Of a stretch of DNA of 64,000 bases, positions 63,490 through 64,000 are shown piece after piece; positions within the stretch are counted from its first letter, which is position 1; each line of letters starts with the position of its first letter. Under the pieces are notes generated by a model. That model was not told the DNA's origin. It did not search any database and saw only the letters and a program-made list of their open reading frames with translations. Both the position numbers and the translations under genes were made by a program. The DNA lies in contig CAWBQK010000011.1 of assembly GCA_963791045.1 (NCBI GenBank), forward strand, positions 224,001 through 288,000, written 5' to 3'. The DNA is from Candidatus Latescibacterota bacterium. GTDB lineage: Bacteria > Krumholzibacteriota > Krumholzibacteriia > WVZY01.

Positions 63490-64000
63490 ATGAAACTACC
63501 CGCACTCCTCAAACTCCCAATGTCCACTTTTGTGTCATTCTGTCTCTTGGCGTTCCTGGTAACGCTTTGTCCGGCGCGGGCCAACGCCGACCCGGACAAG
63601 AAGCCTTTCGAAACCATCACGCTCGGGGCGCACTTTATTACCGGCTCCGCCGATGACACCTTCGAACAATTTTGGAAACCGACAAATGGCGCGCGGTTCG
63701 AACTCTCGACGCCGTTCTATGCGGGGATCGTTCAGGCCGGCGTTCACCTTTTTAACAACGACAATGTTACGGACGATCTCCTGAGTTTTAGCACGGCGTT
63801 TTTGTATCTTGGTTGGGGATACGAATGGCGGCTACCGCTCGATGTCCGCTGGTTTGCCGGCGTTCAGGCGGGAGGATCCCACATGGACACCGAGGATCCC
63901 AACCTTCCCGAAGAAGGACAAAAAGAAAGCGAGATTGGGGTTGGGCTTCAAACGCGGTTCGACTATCCGCTCGGCCGCGGCTGGTCGGTCCTCGTCACCG
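63490..64000 (+). CDS. outer-membrane beta-barrel-like protein (partial, runs off the window)
   Basis: open frame MKLPALL.. with a signal peptide and amphipathic strands (YLGWGYEW, GLQTRFDY). Confidence 0.65.
   Translation, partial: MKLPALLKLPMSTFVSFCLLAFLVTLCPARANADPDKKPFETITLGAHFITGSADDTFEQFWKPTNGARFELSTPFYAGIVQAGVHLFNNDNVTDDLLSFSTAFLYLGWGYEWRLPLDVRWFAGVQAGGSHMDTEDPNLPEEGQKESEIGVGLQTRFDYPLGRGWSVLVT

Overview
This is a gene-dense, mostly GC-rich bacterial window. Three large secreted proteins end in a FlgD-Ig/T9SS-type C-terminal domain and one ends in a TWGxIKxLY tail, which suggests an FCB-related candidate lineage such as Krumholzibacteriota, Latescibacterota or Eisenbacteria (inference). 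Main contents: (1) an AT-richer locus with a small secreted protein plus a TPR-sigma54 activator, facing a divergent sigma54 promoter that reads into a hairpin-rich RNA; (2) secreted LVIVD, S8, M43, trypsin-like, S9, C69 and Met-zincin proteins and a Ser/Thr kinase-TPR receptor; (3) a second sigma54 promoter driving a ~270-nt structured, terminator-bounded transcript; (4) a GcvH-like / 4Fe-4S / NrfD-triheme / heme-motif sensor kinase / NtrC-type regulator / archaemetzincin cluster preceded by an array of TGTTGA-N5-TCAACA sites; (5) ynbAB-like lipid genes, a stand-alone SprA-like lipoprotein flanked by inverted ~65-bp repeats, hflKC and a kef pair; (6) a decaying block with deletions and a MITE-like insert. 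Many single-base frameshifts at short homopolymers look like long-read errors. No rRNA, tRNA, CRISPR array or transposase was seen.
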